A stretch of DNA of 64,000 nucleotides from Eledone cirrhosa (GCA_964016885.1 OZ024759.1:30690001-30754000), one strand, 5' to 3'. Shown: positions 40,050-56,247, counted from the first letter of the stretch. The notes: a model not told the origin generated them from the sequence alone. Program-made: numbers and translations.

Positions 40050-40580
40050 GCATTCCAGCCGAGAGACTGAGGCCATGCTGGAGCATCGCCACCGATGCTA
40101 CACTTTCTACAGCCACCCTTCCCTGGTTGGCCATTGGTACAAAAATGAGTTTGTTGCTGCTGCTCAGATTTGAGCTTCACCTCGTGCTGTCGGTTCATCT
40201 GGGATCTTGGTCAGAAGAAGGTCGAGGTGTCTCTTAAAACATCTACATGCACACCATATATATCTCACAAATTTTTTGGCAGCCTATTAAAAATCTGGGG
40301 CCCCTTGAACCCCCAGGCTATTGCGCAGTATGGTCCTTATTCTCGATCTGACGGGTGGGAACTTTAGTACTACACAGTGACGTCCTGTTCGTGAGCTGGT
40401 CCTGCCTACAATGCCGGAGTTTGGTGGTAACCCTTCCAGGATCGTCCATATATATATCACTGCATATCTCTCCCTTCTCCACTCCAGGGAGTAAAGCTTT
40501 AATTTCTTTAACCTCTATCAGTAGCTCGTTTCTTTCAATCATGCAATCTTCTTGGTGTATCATCGATGGATTGCTTTAAG
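40050..40580 (-). mobile_element. Decayed CR1/L2-like LINE 3' fragment
   Basis: The minus strand gives GPQIFNRLPK.....CFKRHLDLLLTKIPDEPT, a typical C-terminal motif of this LINE group. Confidence 0.6.
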
Positions 40581-40747
40581 TTCTACAGTTCGTATATTTA
40601 TATATATATTTGTCATTTTAAAGTATCAGATATGTCAATTACCTTTTATTGTTTCTCATTTTCACGTACATTCATACCATCCATTTTGTGATGACAAAAT
40701 CCAAATAGATATTTGAGAACGACCGATGCTTGGAGAGTTATATTTAA

Positions 40748-41140
40748 TAATTGTTTCTACTTTTGGCACAAGGCCAGCAATTACCCAGTGCATTACTGGT
40801 ACTTTATTTTATCGACCCCGTAAGGATAAAAGGCAAAGTTAACCTCGGAGGGATTTGAACTCAGAATGGCAAGGGCCGTAACTCTATACGTCAAAGCATA
40901 GCGTCCGACCCTCTACTGATACTGCCAATCCACTATATATATTAATTGTTTCTACGTTTGGCACAAGGCCAGTAATTAACCACTACATTACTGGTACTTT
41001 ATTTTATCGACCCCGTAAGGATGAAAGGCAAAGTTAACCTCGGAGGGATTCGAACTCAGAATGGCAAGAGCCCTAACTCTATACGTCAAAGCATAGCGTC
41101 CGACCCTCTACTGATACTGCCAATCCACTATATATATTAA
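40748..41140 (-). mobile_element. Tandem pair of CORE-type SINE copies
   Basis: Two near-identical ~195-bp units (40748-40943 and 40944-41140) that share diagnostic variants and the flank ctatatatattaat. Confidence 0.8.
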
Positions 41141-41572
41141 TGATGTGAAATTAAACCAGCTATGAATACCAACTCATTGATTCATTATATCAGCTAGATG
41201 CTTTATTGCTCAATTCCCATGAAAATTACTAGAGCACCAGGTGAGATAACTCACAGCATTCTTCCCTTCCAGTTGCATTGGTAGTTGTGAAATGATGAGG
41301 AAGATTCTTCATGTTACCAGCGCCATTATCAATGGTTCGGATCTTACCAATTGTACCGTCAAGAAGCCCAAATATTGGTTTCTGATTTAGGCACGAGGCC
41401 AGCAATTTTGGGCCAGAGAGGAATGTCTGTCTTTGTCTCTCTCTCTCTCTCTCTCACTCTCTCTCACTCTCTCTCTCCGTCTCTCTCTGTTTATCACTGT
41501 CTCTATCTCTCTCTCTCTCTCTCTCTCTCCGTCTCTCCCTCTTTATCACTGTCTCTCTCTCTCTTTGTCACT

Positions 41573-41623
<51 letters not shown>

Positions 41624-41639
41624 TCCCTCCAGCTCTCAA

Positions 41640-41855
41640 TTATTTCTGATTTTGACACAAGACCAAACATTTGAGAGGAGGGGCAATTCGATTCAATCGA
41701 CCCCAGTACATTACTGGTACTTTATTTTATCGACCCAATAAGGATGAAAGGCAAAGCTAACTTCAGCAGGATATGAACTCACATTGTAAAGGAGCGTAAC
41801 TCTATGCCATAAAGCATGTTGTCCGACACTCTAGCAATACTGGCAACCCACTGCC
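41640..41855 (-). mobile_element. CORE-type SINE copy (older)
   Basis: Family match with more divergence. Confidence 0.7.
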
Positions 41856-43053
41856 CTCAGTAGTTAAATTACTGGTATCAGTACAGTTGCAGTAAACATA
41901 TTGCCCTGGTGTATCTCTCGAAACGATCGGTGTCTCCATTGAATTGGTGTGCCCTGAGTGTGGATTCTTTGCTTAAGCAAAAATGGTCTCAGGAGCTACA
42001 GTCGTAGCCATGTTCAAAGAGAACCAGTTGAACTATGATTTCCACGGTGTTGTGAGGGTTCTGCAACCGATTGCAATACTCTTAGCGTGAGTTTACATCA
42101 TTTGTGTATGTATGTATGTATGCATGTATGTATGTATGTATGTATGTATGTATGTATGTATGTATGTATGTATGTATGTATATGTATATATATATATGTA
42201 TATACATGTATGCCTGTGTATGTATATGCGCGGGGACATAAATATAGTAGGGTTGGATACTCGATCCCACGGTTAAACCACTGGGAGTGAAGGACCCCTA
42301 GCCTTTGTCAGGGCATTCTTCTAGAAGGCGACTCAGGAAACTGGCATAATTACGACTCAAAACCTGCGGCTCAGTAGTTAGCGATGATGTTAATCTGTTA
42401 TTCTTTTCGGGTTATAGCTATGTATGTATATATATATGGGAGAGATGACCCCTTAGCCTTTGTCAAGGCAGAATTCTAGGAGAAGGAAAACTCTGATAAA
42501 ACACCTGCAACCCTGATGATATCCAATGATGTTGACTTGTTCTTTTTGGTAAATATCATCTTGGTTAAGAGAGTGGGACTGGCTTTGTGCAGGAATTGCT
42601 TTATATCTGGAGATCTCTGTGCACTTGTCGTCACATGGTACCATGGGCCCAGTACTATGTATCAATAATTGTCACAAGTGTAGTGTTTGTACCAGAGTTT
42701 TCAAGTCGCTGGCACTCGTTCAGCGCATCGGTAGGGGTTCTCCTACATGGATATAAAGTAGTGGCCGTACTCGAAAACGAGTTGGCAGCCACCATGTATG
42801 TGTGTATCGAGGTATGTATGTATAATGTATGTATATATGTATGTATGTATGTATGTGTGCGAGGTGTGTTTACCGGCAATAAATCTAATTATAATTTTTT
42901 TAACACCACCTTCTCGACATCCGTTACTTCAACTTCAAGACTCGACAACAGAATAAAGTAAGACATAGTATGAAAAATGCGTATATGAAATAAAATATAT
43001 TTTATGATAGTCCTGGAATATTTACTATCACAGGTGGAATGTTGTTGTGTGTG

Positions 43054-43151
<98 letters not shown>

Positions 43152-43258
43152 TATATACATATATATAAACACACACATATATATCTTATATATACATATA
43201 TATCTATGTATATATATAATATAATATAATATAATAAAATATAATCTAATTTAATATA

Positions 43259-43360
<102 letters not shown>

Positions 43361-43481
43361 TATACACATATATATATACATATATATATATACACACACA
43401 TATATATCTTATATATACATATATATCTATGTATATATATAATATAATATAATATAATAAAATACAATATAATCTAATTTA

Positions 43482-43543
<62 letters not shown>

Positions 43544-44869
43544 CCTATATCTATTTATATATATAATATAATATAATTTAATTTATATATTATCTGCTGC
43601 TCTGGCAATCACCATGACCGTGTGGTTGTCTAGACCACGTAGCTTCCTACTGTCTTCCTGTACATCTTTATCTTTCGACATTAGTTACTGAAACACCTTG
43701 GAACAAAACCAATTTTACAAATCTTTTTTCACGCCTTTATCATAAACATGACTGCCTGTGTATGTTTAAAAATATATATATTGATGTCGTTTCAATATTG
43801 AAGAATTTTCCTTTTTACTTTTACCCCATAATCAGGGAAGTTAGACCCTTGCCTTACAACTATATTTATAGAGATCACATACCCACATAAATTTCTAGGA
43901 GGGCGAAATAAATCCATCATTTAACAGATATCATGCCCCTAATTCTTGCAACAATGGTGACACTCCTAAATTTATGCCAGATCCAGATGGTGTTTGTGTA
44001 AACAGGAGCAATGGATTATGTTTACCACCTAAGTAAACCACAGAATAGGTCTTTATAGGCAAAGATCAGACATACATCCTAGAAGACACCATGTCTACTG
44101 CTCCAATACTTTAGCCAATGCACCAGCAGACATCTCAACCCCCTCGCCAGACGAGATCTCCCATCCACTTTGGGGCGTGTGAGAGATGGGTACATTTCTT
44201 CTGAAAATGGGTACAGCGTTCATTATATGAAATCTCTGTATTGTGCCTTATTTCTCCCCGTTTTGGAGCACCTTCTTTTCATGGTACTCCCCATAGGTGT
44301 TTAGAAGTTGGTAAGTCTGCACCAGCCAGGACTTTCTTTATTTTATCCATACCGAAATAATCAAAGGCAAATTTGACCTACGTAAGTGGCTGTACAAGTA
44401 ATAAACGGAAATCTATAAGACATTCTATCGATCTGCAATTAGATATCGCTATAGATGAGAGTAATGATTATATGATTTGCTATACTAGATAACGAGGGCT
44501 TGTAAATTGGCGTGAATTCCGTTGGTTTACTGCTGGTTCACAAATGGCCGTTTCTGTTTCTTAGCAGGAAATATTAATTACGATAGGCAGGTGTCAAATC
44601 TTATAATTATCGTGTTTGGCAATCTGCCTAAATTTCTGTTGGCTCCAGGGTTATCAAACTACTCTGATAGAGCCAATTATATATGTAAGCGAAATACAAA
44701 CAGCGTTCACAAGACCTAGGAACTCTCTCACAAATCTTTTAAATTGATTCATAATAGGATAAACTCGTTTAAAAATATCATCGTTAATGTTTACAATAAA
44801 CTAATGAATAACAGTTGTTTTTACCTAACTATAAGGCATCAGATTTTGAGGAAAGAAACAGGTGATTAT

Positions 44870-45540
44870 ATCGACCCCAGTATTTTACTGGTACTTTCTT
44901 TTATCTATCCTGGAAAAATAAAAAATAAAAATTCCTAAACTTTACTAGTACTTTATTCCATCTATCATACAAGAATAATAGGCATGATTACCCTAGTTCT
45001 ACTGGTACTTCATTTTAACTACCCTGGAAGTATCAAAAGGGAAATTACCCTAGCATGACTAGTACATTATTTTATGTACCCTGGAAGGATAAAAGGGAAA
45101 ATTACCTGAGCATAACTGGCACCTTATTTTATGTCTACTGGAACCATCAAAAGCAAAGTTAACCTAGCATGACCGGTACTGGAAGAAAAGTAGGCAAACA
45201 TTCCCTAAATCTACTGTCCTGGGAGGGTAAAAGTCAAAATTACCCTAGCTATACTGGTACCTTATTTTATCTCTCTTGGAAAAATATTAATCTAGCATGA
45301 CTAGTATCTTAATTCATCTACCCCGGAAGGATAAATGTCAGTTACCCTAGCTCTATTGGTACCTGATTTTATCTCTCTTGGAAGAATAACATGCAAAATT
45401 CACCTAGCATGACTAGTATTTTATATTATCTACCCTGGAAGGAAAAATGTCAGTTACCCTAGCTCTACTGGTACCTTATTTTATCTCTCTTGGAAGAATA
45501 AAAGGGAAAATTAACCTATCATGACTTTTATTCCTACTAG
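44870..45540. repeat. ~57-bp diverged minisatellite derived from the SINE core
   Basis: Recurring taccctag..actggtaccttattttatc..tggaag.ataaaagg.aaa units, about 11 of them. Confidence 0.8.
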
Positions 45541-46718
45541 AATCTTACACATTGAGGCGTATGTGTATCTGTGTGTGCGTGTGTTTATGTGCATATACAT
45601 ACACTTATATGTATGAGTATATAAATATAAACGTACAAATACAGACAGAAATACACACCTACCGAAATACACACTCAAAGGCATACATTCACACAAATAC
45701 ACAAGCACTCATACAAACACAAACATACATATACACAAACACATACATACGCATACGACCACACATAGCGTTTTGTTATAGTTATTTCACCATCCTCTTC
45801 CTTTTACACACACATATACACATTGTGTGACGAACGGAAATCGCTGAAATTTATATATATAGATAGCAACGAAACATTGTTATTACACCTATAGAAACGG
45901 TACAGGTACGAAGTAATCAAAGAACATGTGATAGACGTATATTAAGTCCATTAATATCGATTAGTGTGTCGTTTAAACGTTTGGAAATATAGTAAACTTT
46001 AGAAATAATACATCAAAGAATTATAGAAATATTGAGACTGTGCTTGAGAAATGTCATTTTGAATACACAGATAGAGGTGAGATTTTCGAATTCGATCAGG
46101 TGTGAACAGAATGGTGCAAGTGAATAAAATAACACAAAGAGAAACGAGAAACTAAAGAAATTATTTACCAGAAGAGGGAGACGATGTTTTTATGTGGAAA
46201 ATACTAAAGAAAATCTACTCCAAAAAATCAGATCTTCTTACGAGCAAACCAGAACGATAAAAGAAGAAGAAAAAGAAGTAGATATACAAATTTCGGGGAA
46301 GGAGACAACAATGTCCTCTCCGTGTTATTAATAGAACCAGAATTGGCTGTAATTAGTTATGACGACCAGGGAAAGATGTATGGTAAAGCCAAATTTAGAG
46401 AGTGTTTAATTTTTGAAACGTGGGAGCCAGTAAATAATGCGTTATGATTTAAGTACAAGGCCAACAATTGTGGAGTCAGGCGAGGGCAAAGTCGATTAAA
46501 TCGACACCAGTGCGTTACTGGTACTTAATATTTCATATATATTTATATTTACTTACATATTTATATTTTCTTCTCATCGTTCTTTACTTTCTCATTATCT
46601 TCTAATAAAGGACTAGTCTCAGAAACGTGAAGACTCTCTTCCTGATATTTCAAGCATCAAACTAATATATTTCTTCCATTGTTTTGTTATTTTTCTTATC
46701 TCTGTTTACCTTTTACAT

Positions 46719-46835
<117 letters not shown>

Positions 46836-48671
46836 ACGACTAGCTTCTGCCTAGCTTGTGTGTATTGTAATGAATTGGTTAAATATGAAAGATACATAGT
46901 GATACAGGTATCGGAATTTATGTAAGCTATTTTTTATATTCGTCTATTAATCGAAGTATTATATTAAAAGAAAATAGAAATTTAAAAGTGAAGAACATAA
47001 TAAAATGAAATAAGATAACTTTTTTTTAAAAAATCTCAGATAAAACACTTAACGAATTGACACTTCTTGAATGTATTATACAAAAAAAAAATATATTGAA
47101 AAAATGAATAAGAAAAAGTTGGAATGAGACGAACCTATACAACAATATCGCTACGGCTGTAACAGCATTCTTATTTAATGAATCAAATCTGGAATTTATT
47201 TGATAGCATGGAGAACAATGGAAGCATTCTTTCCTGTCAATTCTCAAGAGATTCTCACAAGTAGGTGTATTGCGAATATATAGGGGGTTTTTTTTGTAGG
47301 GATTTTTTTTGTTGTTATTTTGTTATTTTTGAACATAAAAATCCTCTACTTTAAATAAAATATAATTTGTCCTAGAAACTTTGAATAGCTATTCCTTTTG
47401 ATCAATATAACAATCCTATTGTAATTTGTCACCACTAATGCCACCGATGTCGGCTTCACCACCGCTACTGTCGCCGTGGTCGTCGCCTTCACCACCCTTA
47501 TATGCCACCGACATCGCCTTCACCACCCTTACTGCCACCGACATCACCTTCACCACCACTACTGCCACCGACACCACCTTCACCACCATTACAGCCGTCG
47601 TCTTCGCTCGCTTATCAGCGCTACGTTTTGCGTTGTTTCGACTCTGTTGCTAGTTCTTCTTCTTATTATTATTATTATTATTTTTCTATGACAACTAGCA
47701 TATCAATAAAAGTGCACACACCTTACCAATATATATGTTATACAATATATTTACCGAGATTAAATTTTGCCAGTATTTATTTTACCTGCCTATACTTCCA
47801 GGGTCGATGGAATATTTAGCAAATCATTAATGTGTATCAATCCACTATAATCTTCTCTAAAATATGTTTACTATTGGGCCTAGGGCGCTGCGTTAATGGA
47901 GATGCGCCCCGCGGTCAATGGTTAATAACGTATCCGCTGCAACAGCTTTGAATTATATGCTTGTTACTGGTTAATGTGGCTAGATAACTGCAGGAAAAGC
48001 TACAGATAAAAATAGTAAAATAAAGACTTACAGAAATTGAAATATATACGAACGACAGGAATACATTGTTTACTCAGACCAAGAAAATAAGTTTTCATTA
48101 ATCCTTTCATTACTGGTACAGACTACCTATCGAAACTCCTGGCAGAAAGATCAGAACTTTTCCCGTATTTGAATTAAGAATGTACAGACTTGTACCAGCA
48201 ACCGCAAAGTGTTCTGTCCGATTCTCAATACAAAAGGCTGACCAGATGATACTGAGTTCTGGCATAAGATATTATGTGGCTTTTTAGACCATATATATAT
48301 ATATATATATATATATGTGTAGATAAATCTACCAAAAGTTTACGGTAGTGTCCAATCCGTATGAAGAACTCAATGTAATCCGGATATCATGGAAAGAAGA
48401 GATGCATTCAAAAATCACTTTCGGTGAAAGATAAACGGAATACAGAGTCAAGATAAAATATTAAAAAAATAATGAATAAAACAAAGAAACAGTTCCTTAT
48501 ATTAAACAAAAAAAGTTCTAAAATAATGAACTTTTTTTGTTTAATATAAGGAACTGTTTCTTTGTTTTATTCATTATTTTTTTAATATTTTATATATATA
48601 TATATAGTTTTGCGAGGTTTTTTATATGAAATCGTGTGTCGAAACAAATATTGTTATACTTATAATAATAT

Positions 48672-48741
<70 letters not shown>

Positions 48742-49034
48742 GAGGTTTTTCCTGAATGAAAAAAAAAACGAGACGTCATACACGAGTGAAAGTATAAGTA
48801 AAAAAGATGAAATCGAAAATGTAACTGGCGACTTCTTAAGAATATTTATTTGTTTCCTTTACCAGTTTCACAGTTCTTATGCTTTTCAAAAGTAGAGTTG
48901 AGATGGAGGCTTTGTGGTTTTTCTAGCATCTGATACTACTTTTGAAAAGCATAAGATCTATGAAACCGGTAAAGGAAACAAATAAATATTATTAAAAAGA
49001 CTCCAGTTGCATTTTTGATTTCATCTGTTTTCCT

Positions 49035-49545
<511 letters not shown>

Positions 49546-49767
49546 TGCATATATGTTTGGATGAGTGTATGAGTGTGTGTGTGGGGGTGTATTTATACGT
49601 GAATCTCTGAACTATATATATTAACAAATAATTAACACTTGTGTTTCTATCAATATACTCTTCTGATGTGATTATAAGTGAAATGTTCCGTAATAATTAA
49701 AATGGCGTCTCTAAAGACTGCAGTGACTGCAGTTCTTCCCAGTTGAATGGTAATAAATTCCATCAAA

Positions 49768-49798
<31 letters not shown>

Positions 49799-49928
49799 AT
49801 TTGATGGAATTTATTACCATTCAATCGGGGAGAACTGCAGTTCGCGAAGGCCAAGGAAAACCAGCTATAGAAACTGTAGCATTAGTGTTGGTGCTGCAGC
49901 ATGGCCTCAGCCAGTCGGCTGGAACACG

Positions 49929-50002
<74 letters not shown>

Positions 50003-50391
50003 CTGTGTGTATATATATATATATATGTGTGTGTGTCTGTGTGTGTCTGTGTGAGTGTGTATGTATATATATATATATATATGGGGGGGGGGGAGGATAT
50101 ATGTGTATATGCGTATATATATGTATATGTGTATATATATATGTATGTGTGTATGCATATGTTTGTTCGTGCATTTAAGAAAGGAGATTTATTGCATTTT
50201 TTGTTAAATATATTTTAATTAACTGTTTCTATCGGAAAGTAATGTTATTATCTCATTAGAAAATATCAATGGTCGATATAGATTTATTATAGTTTTGTCT
50301 AAAAAAGAATAGAAATTGAGAATGCATCCATACACATACACACACACACACACATATATATATATACGCTCATACGTACACATACATACAT

Positions 50392-50487
<96 letters not shown>

Positions 50488-50605
50488 TTCTGTGCAGAAA
50501 TCCATATAAGCCGAAATTAGAACAACTTTATAATTATAGAGATGAAATTATTAGGCAGTAGTTATTTAATTTGACATTTTGTATGGTTTATCTGAATTGG
50601 GCTTA

Positions 50606-50672
<67 letters not shown>

Positions 50673-50732
50673 GCACAGACATATTTATATATATATATGT
50701 ATATATATACATACATTGATACATACATAAAC

Positions 50733-50793
<61 letters not shown>

Positions 50794-50822
50794 ACAAGAA
50801 ATTAATTATGGTATATATATAT

Positions 50823-50854
<32 letters not shown>

Positions 50855-51053
50855 AGCCGGCTCAACCATGCATTCTCGTTTGATGTAAAAGGCCATTACT
50901 ACACAATAATAAATTTCTTGTCCTACTAAAGTATTACTGTACATATATATATATAGGAAAATGTTTAACCCCGACGGCAGGGCTCAAGCCGTTTTGACGG
51001 CTATTTCTGGACTATATATATATATATATATATATATAGTTTTAATATAGATG

Positions 51054-51104
51054 AGATTCTACAGGACTAGAACTGTTTCTTTCTTTAGAAATCATCAGGA
51101 ATCT
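51054..51104 (-). ncRNA. Type I hammerhead ribozyme (family D)
   Basis: Minus strand: agattc-CTGATGA-tttc/taaa/gaaa-GAAA-cag/ttctagtc/ctg-TA-gaatct. All three stems pair fully. Confidence 0.82.
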
Positions 51105-51629
51105 GGGTATCAAAAAATAGAATATGGTATTTATAGGTCTCTTCGGGTGGTAGGAGAGGGTAGGGTGTGGGATGGGTGTAGGTCATTGGTTGATAGAAAA
51201 GGGAATTCATTAAAAGGTAATTCTTCAAAGCTATAGTTTATATTTAGAGTAACAAAGGCAGAAAAATTCTATAAACAAATTCAGGATGGGGTGCCACTCC
51301 TTATTTTTAAGTTTCTCTTAAGCTAACAATGCCTAGATTTCAGGTGTCTATAAGATCATTGGGGGTTAGTCATGGTTGATGGATTTAAATCCATCTAAAT
51401 ATATGTTACTCTAAATATAAACTATAGCTTTGAAGAATTACCTTTTAATGAATTCCCTTTTCTATCAACCAATGACCTACACCCATCCCACTCCCTACAC
51501 TCTCCTACCACCTGAAGAGACCTATAAACACCATATTTATTTGTTGATACCCAGATTGTAAATAATACTCTACATACGAACAACATATTTATATATCTGG
51601 TATTAAACAACTCATTAATTATCTCATAT

Positions 51630-51850
51630 TTGGAGGGCGGTGGATTGGCAGTATCGGTAGAGGGTCGGACGCCATGCTTTGCCGCATAAAGTTAAGGCTC
51701 TTTATGATCTGAGCTCAAATCCCGCCGAGGATAACTTTGCCTTTCATCCTTATGGGGTCGATAAAATAAAGTACCAGTCACCCACTGAGGTCGATTTAAT
51801 CGACTTTCCCCTCCCCCCCCAAATTACTGGCCTTGTTCCTATATAAGAAA
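51630..51850 (+). mobile_element. Same CORE-type SINE family with 18-bp TSD
   Basis: Same head and core. TSD tcattaattatctcatat at 51612-51629 and 51851-51868. Confidence 0.85.
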
Positions 51851-53805
51851 TCATTAATTATCTCATATGTGAAACACTAGCGTAGCACGAGAACATAAAA
51901 GGAAGTAGGTTGTCGTTCTTAAAATTATATCTTAAAATAAAATATCCGTTGAAAAAGATTAATCCTGAATTGAATAAATCCATTTGGAATGTCCGTCAGC
52001 AGTAAATTATCTATAGAAAATGCAAATGCAATGGTATTTTAAACAAATACTTTTATTGAATTTTATTGAATTATGAATTACAATTATTTCATTAGAAATT
52101 ATATTTTAAAAATTTATTTTTTATTAAATTTAAATACTTTTGTATTTCTTAGTATATTCATTGAATTTATTCAGCGATGCACAAAAGGAAGAAATAATTT
52201 ATCTCTTATTACAAGAATTGAAATGGGTTTCCGTCTGTGTCGAAGATGAGTTATTTTTTTTTTCAGTTATACGATCAACAGAAAACCATTGTTTTGTAAT
52301 TAACGTACATTAATTGCCTTAGAATGCCACACCACCATCCCCACCACCACCACCAACAACAACAACCACAGCCTCTGAAACACATGTTTTATTCACATAC
52401 TTTCCCGCTCATCTCGCTTACAATCCATCCTCCGGGGAAACGCCTTCTCCATTCTGTCCGCCGGGGCTGTGGGGAGGCCAGCACGTGGGACCCCATTTTC
52501 TCACCATACAGAGAGATGGGGAGGGCGAGAAAGATGGAGGCGATGACAATGGGAGTTTGGCTCTTCCACGTTCGTACCATATTCTTGTGGTTATGTTTAT
52601 TATCTGTGCAATCCTGTATATGTACACTCGGGTGTCAAATAATAGAGTGGGGTTGGAATAACGGTAGGCGTTGGACATTTGATTAAATTCCTATAAGCGA
52701 GATTGGGATGGGGTGGTTGGTATCGGTAATTGAATTGTGTTCGTCCCTAAATATGGAATTTCTTGCAACGTTCTGTTTTTGTCAGATATAATGCGGTTTT
52801 CTTTTTAATATAAGATAAAATTATTATTAGATTCTCTAGCTGTTGTATCAATATGAATCAATTACAATAAAATTTCACCGGTTATAGAGTAACAAAACCT
52901 AATAAGCCGGGTGGAATAAAAGCTGTGGAGGTCGGAAAACATCTGAAAAGTTAATGAGCGGTTGGAGGGTCGGTTGTTCAATACCTGAGAGTAATTCTCA
53001 GGGAGATTCAGGTTAGGAAATTGTTTTATGACACTGACTTTTTACATTGCCGTCACAGTTTATAGGATGCGTAAATTCACTGATATGATAAATACGAATT
53101 ATTGCTGCCACTCAATAGAATTGTACCTAGGACTCAATCCTCATTATGAAGCTGGTATTTGAGCCATAACGTATAAGAAGTCGTGTACTCTCAGTCACTT
53201 AACGCCACGGAAACTGAAATAAATACCGGCCTTATGATCCTTCAGGCCTGAGACAGTTGTTAGACGCTTGTATAAAATGCGATTTCTGAATGTGTTCTGA
53301 CTCTTTAGAGTCTTTGCTCGCCTTATATCATTGTCGGTTCGCTAAATTAATATCCGAGTTAAACCTGGGAGGGATTTACCCTTCCCGCAAATTTACTAGT
53401 CTTGAGAAATGAAATATTGAACATAGAAAAAAAGAAACCAATTTCATTTAATATATCTTCGATGGGAATTAATTATTTTGCGTACATTGGATATTTAATC
53501 AATTAAATATTTTATAATTAATTATTTTGCGAAACTTGGATATTTAATTAATTAAATATTTTATACTTAATTATTTTGCCAATATTGGATATTAATCAAT
53601 TAATTATTTAGCGAATATTGTATATATAATCATTTATTTATTACATAAATAATCTGGTATTCTAGATTATTTGATATTTAACTAAATTATTTATTTAAGT
53701 TTACATTAACATAATTACATCAATTTTTTTTAATGTAAATTAATATCATTTAATCCATATTAGTATTATTTGAAACGTGCACAATATATATATATATATA
53801 TATAA

Positions 53806-53839
<34 letters not shown>

Positions 53840-53992
53840 TTTTTTGGAACGCTTCAAAAGGCATGCTTGCTGGGAACAGCAAGAACCCTCCGATACGTCC
53901 TGAATATCTGAGACTGCAGGTAGTGGCTTGATATTCATCTCAACAAACTTTCCAGTTAACTAACATCAATGACTGAGACTCAAAGAGTAATA
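53840..53992 (+). mobile_element. Short 3'-end copy of the same Dong-like element (FGTLQKACLLGTARTLRYVLNI* + 3' UTR) in (TAA)n
   Basis: Near-identical to the reverse complement of 17168-17315. (TAA)n at 53807-53838 and 53993-54030. Confidence 0.9.
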
Positions 53993-53994
53993 AC

Positions 53995-54032
<38 letters not shown>

Positions 54033-54233
54033 TAAGGACGATTTGTTATGTCTTAATTACGTTTACTGAATGGTGACGTGCGTTTCGCCATTGATCAGCT
54101 CAAGGTTCGATCTATATCGATCTGGCGCGACTCTGGAATCAAAAGCTCGTCGGAGCTCTGGTGGATATATATATATATATATTATAATTAATAATAATTA
54201 CGAAGACTGAAATCCGAAGAGGGTTCGATAAGG

Positions 54234-54280
<47 letters not shown>

Positions 54281-54389
54281 CCCATGGAGCAAATATTTAT
54301 TATTTGTACAAATTAAAATTTAAGCAAAGAATCTCTGCTTCCACCCTTTTAAAGAATATTCTAGAACTGAGAAAAATCAATCTGTAGAC

Positions 54390-54429
<40 letters not shown>

Positions 54430-56247
54430 ACGTGTGTGTGTGTGCATAGATCAATAAAAATAACAGAAGTCAGGTGTAGAGAGGGCTTTACCTGACTTCT
54501 GTTTTTTCTTATTTTTCTATGCACAAACAAATGTAAATGTCTCTGTAACCCGGACGGACTTTCACTGGGGATACCTTGGGCAGTGATCAGCTACCATAAA
54601 AACTAGGGGTTACACTGTCGAATCTCGCTGCGACCTTCCAAGGACGCAGCGAGTTCTAACAACGTTATTAACCCCACCACAACTTTATGGTCGTGAGCTA
54701 AACTCCCTAAAATAAAGTCTTAGCGAGTGTAGGTGTGTGATTTTGTTGATATTTATGTGGGTGACGGGATTTGTTATACATTCTTTCGACTAAATTCTAC
54801 TCAAATTGTCTTGTTCTGGATGAGGTTATAGTAAAAAGCATTTAACCAATATTCTATACATTGTGATCGAACACAGAATGATATGGTTCATAAGCTAAAC
54901 TCCTTAACCACATTGCATAACATAACTCCACATATGAACCCGAATCATTGCTTTTGCCCTTAAAAAACTAACCGTGTAATGTTTCTAGTTAATTCTGAAT
55001 CACAGTTTATTCGCGATGCGTATAAATTCTGCGAAACAACTTTTGATTAGAACCACATCAACAGTTTTATATATATTTTCCTATTGGAATGTTTTTTTAA
55101 TAATATTATAGAAATTTGCATAAATACTTAAGGTGGGAAACCCCAAATATGTTCTAATTTATAAATATTTAAATGTATCGATACACTTGATGGAGTGTAA
55201 CTGTGTATAAAAATTATGAAACAAACAAACAAAAAGAAAAACATTAAAATACATACTAGAAATAGGTTTTTCCTATTTCGTTTGCAAACAAACAAAAAAA
55301 CATTTCCTATCAAAAGATGCCGAGCAATAATAGGAAAATTCTTTCATATCCGAAAAACATTTGAGTATCTAAATTCTTTTGCAATTCATCTAAAATGATT
55401 TAAGAATAAAATTACCTTAAGCTTTCTAAATTATATGTATGAAAGAAACATATTAATACACAGATAATGAAAAATAAATTGCGAATCTGTAATCATTATA
55501 ACGCATAGAGTATTTATTTTTATACAAAATGAAAATTTTTAAAAAGTAACAAAGAAAATTCAATGGTGAAATAAGCGATGATAAAATAGGAAGTATGTCT
55601 TGGTGGTATAAACGAGATATTTTCCAATACAAACGTGACTAAGCAATAATGGTTGCTGAAAATGATGACGAGGAAGATTAATCTTGTGCAGCAAACTTGC
55701 AGATAATGAAAATATTAAAGAAATCTAAACATTAAACATAAAATAAGAATTAAAAATATAGGAAGAAAATGTTTTAAATAATATTTGTTTGAAAGAAGAA
55801 AAATATTATTTATGAAACATAAACATATAAACATATAAACATGAAACATATAAACACATACATGTATTTAAGTATGCATATAGATGTGTTTATATATACA
55901 TATATATATACACACATATATATATATGTGTGCTAAAATATATGTATGAGTAAAATATATGTATATATAAGCTTAAATAGATGTTATATATATATATATA
56001 TATAACACATCTATTTAAGCTTATATATAAACTCATACATATATTTTAACACATATATATATATGTGTGTATATATATATATGTATATATAAACATTTAT
56101 TTAAGCATATAAACACATGTATTTAAGTATACATATATAAACACGTATTTAAGCATACATGTATAAATACATACATGCATTTAAGCATACATGTATCGAC
56201 ACAAATATATACACATACGTACAAATATACATGCATACATACATACA

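Noticed and set aside
54070-54165. Minus-strand CCGACGA...GAAAcgcacgTC hammerhead-like motif
   Set aside because: The stem I strands do not pair.
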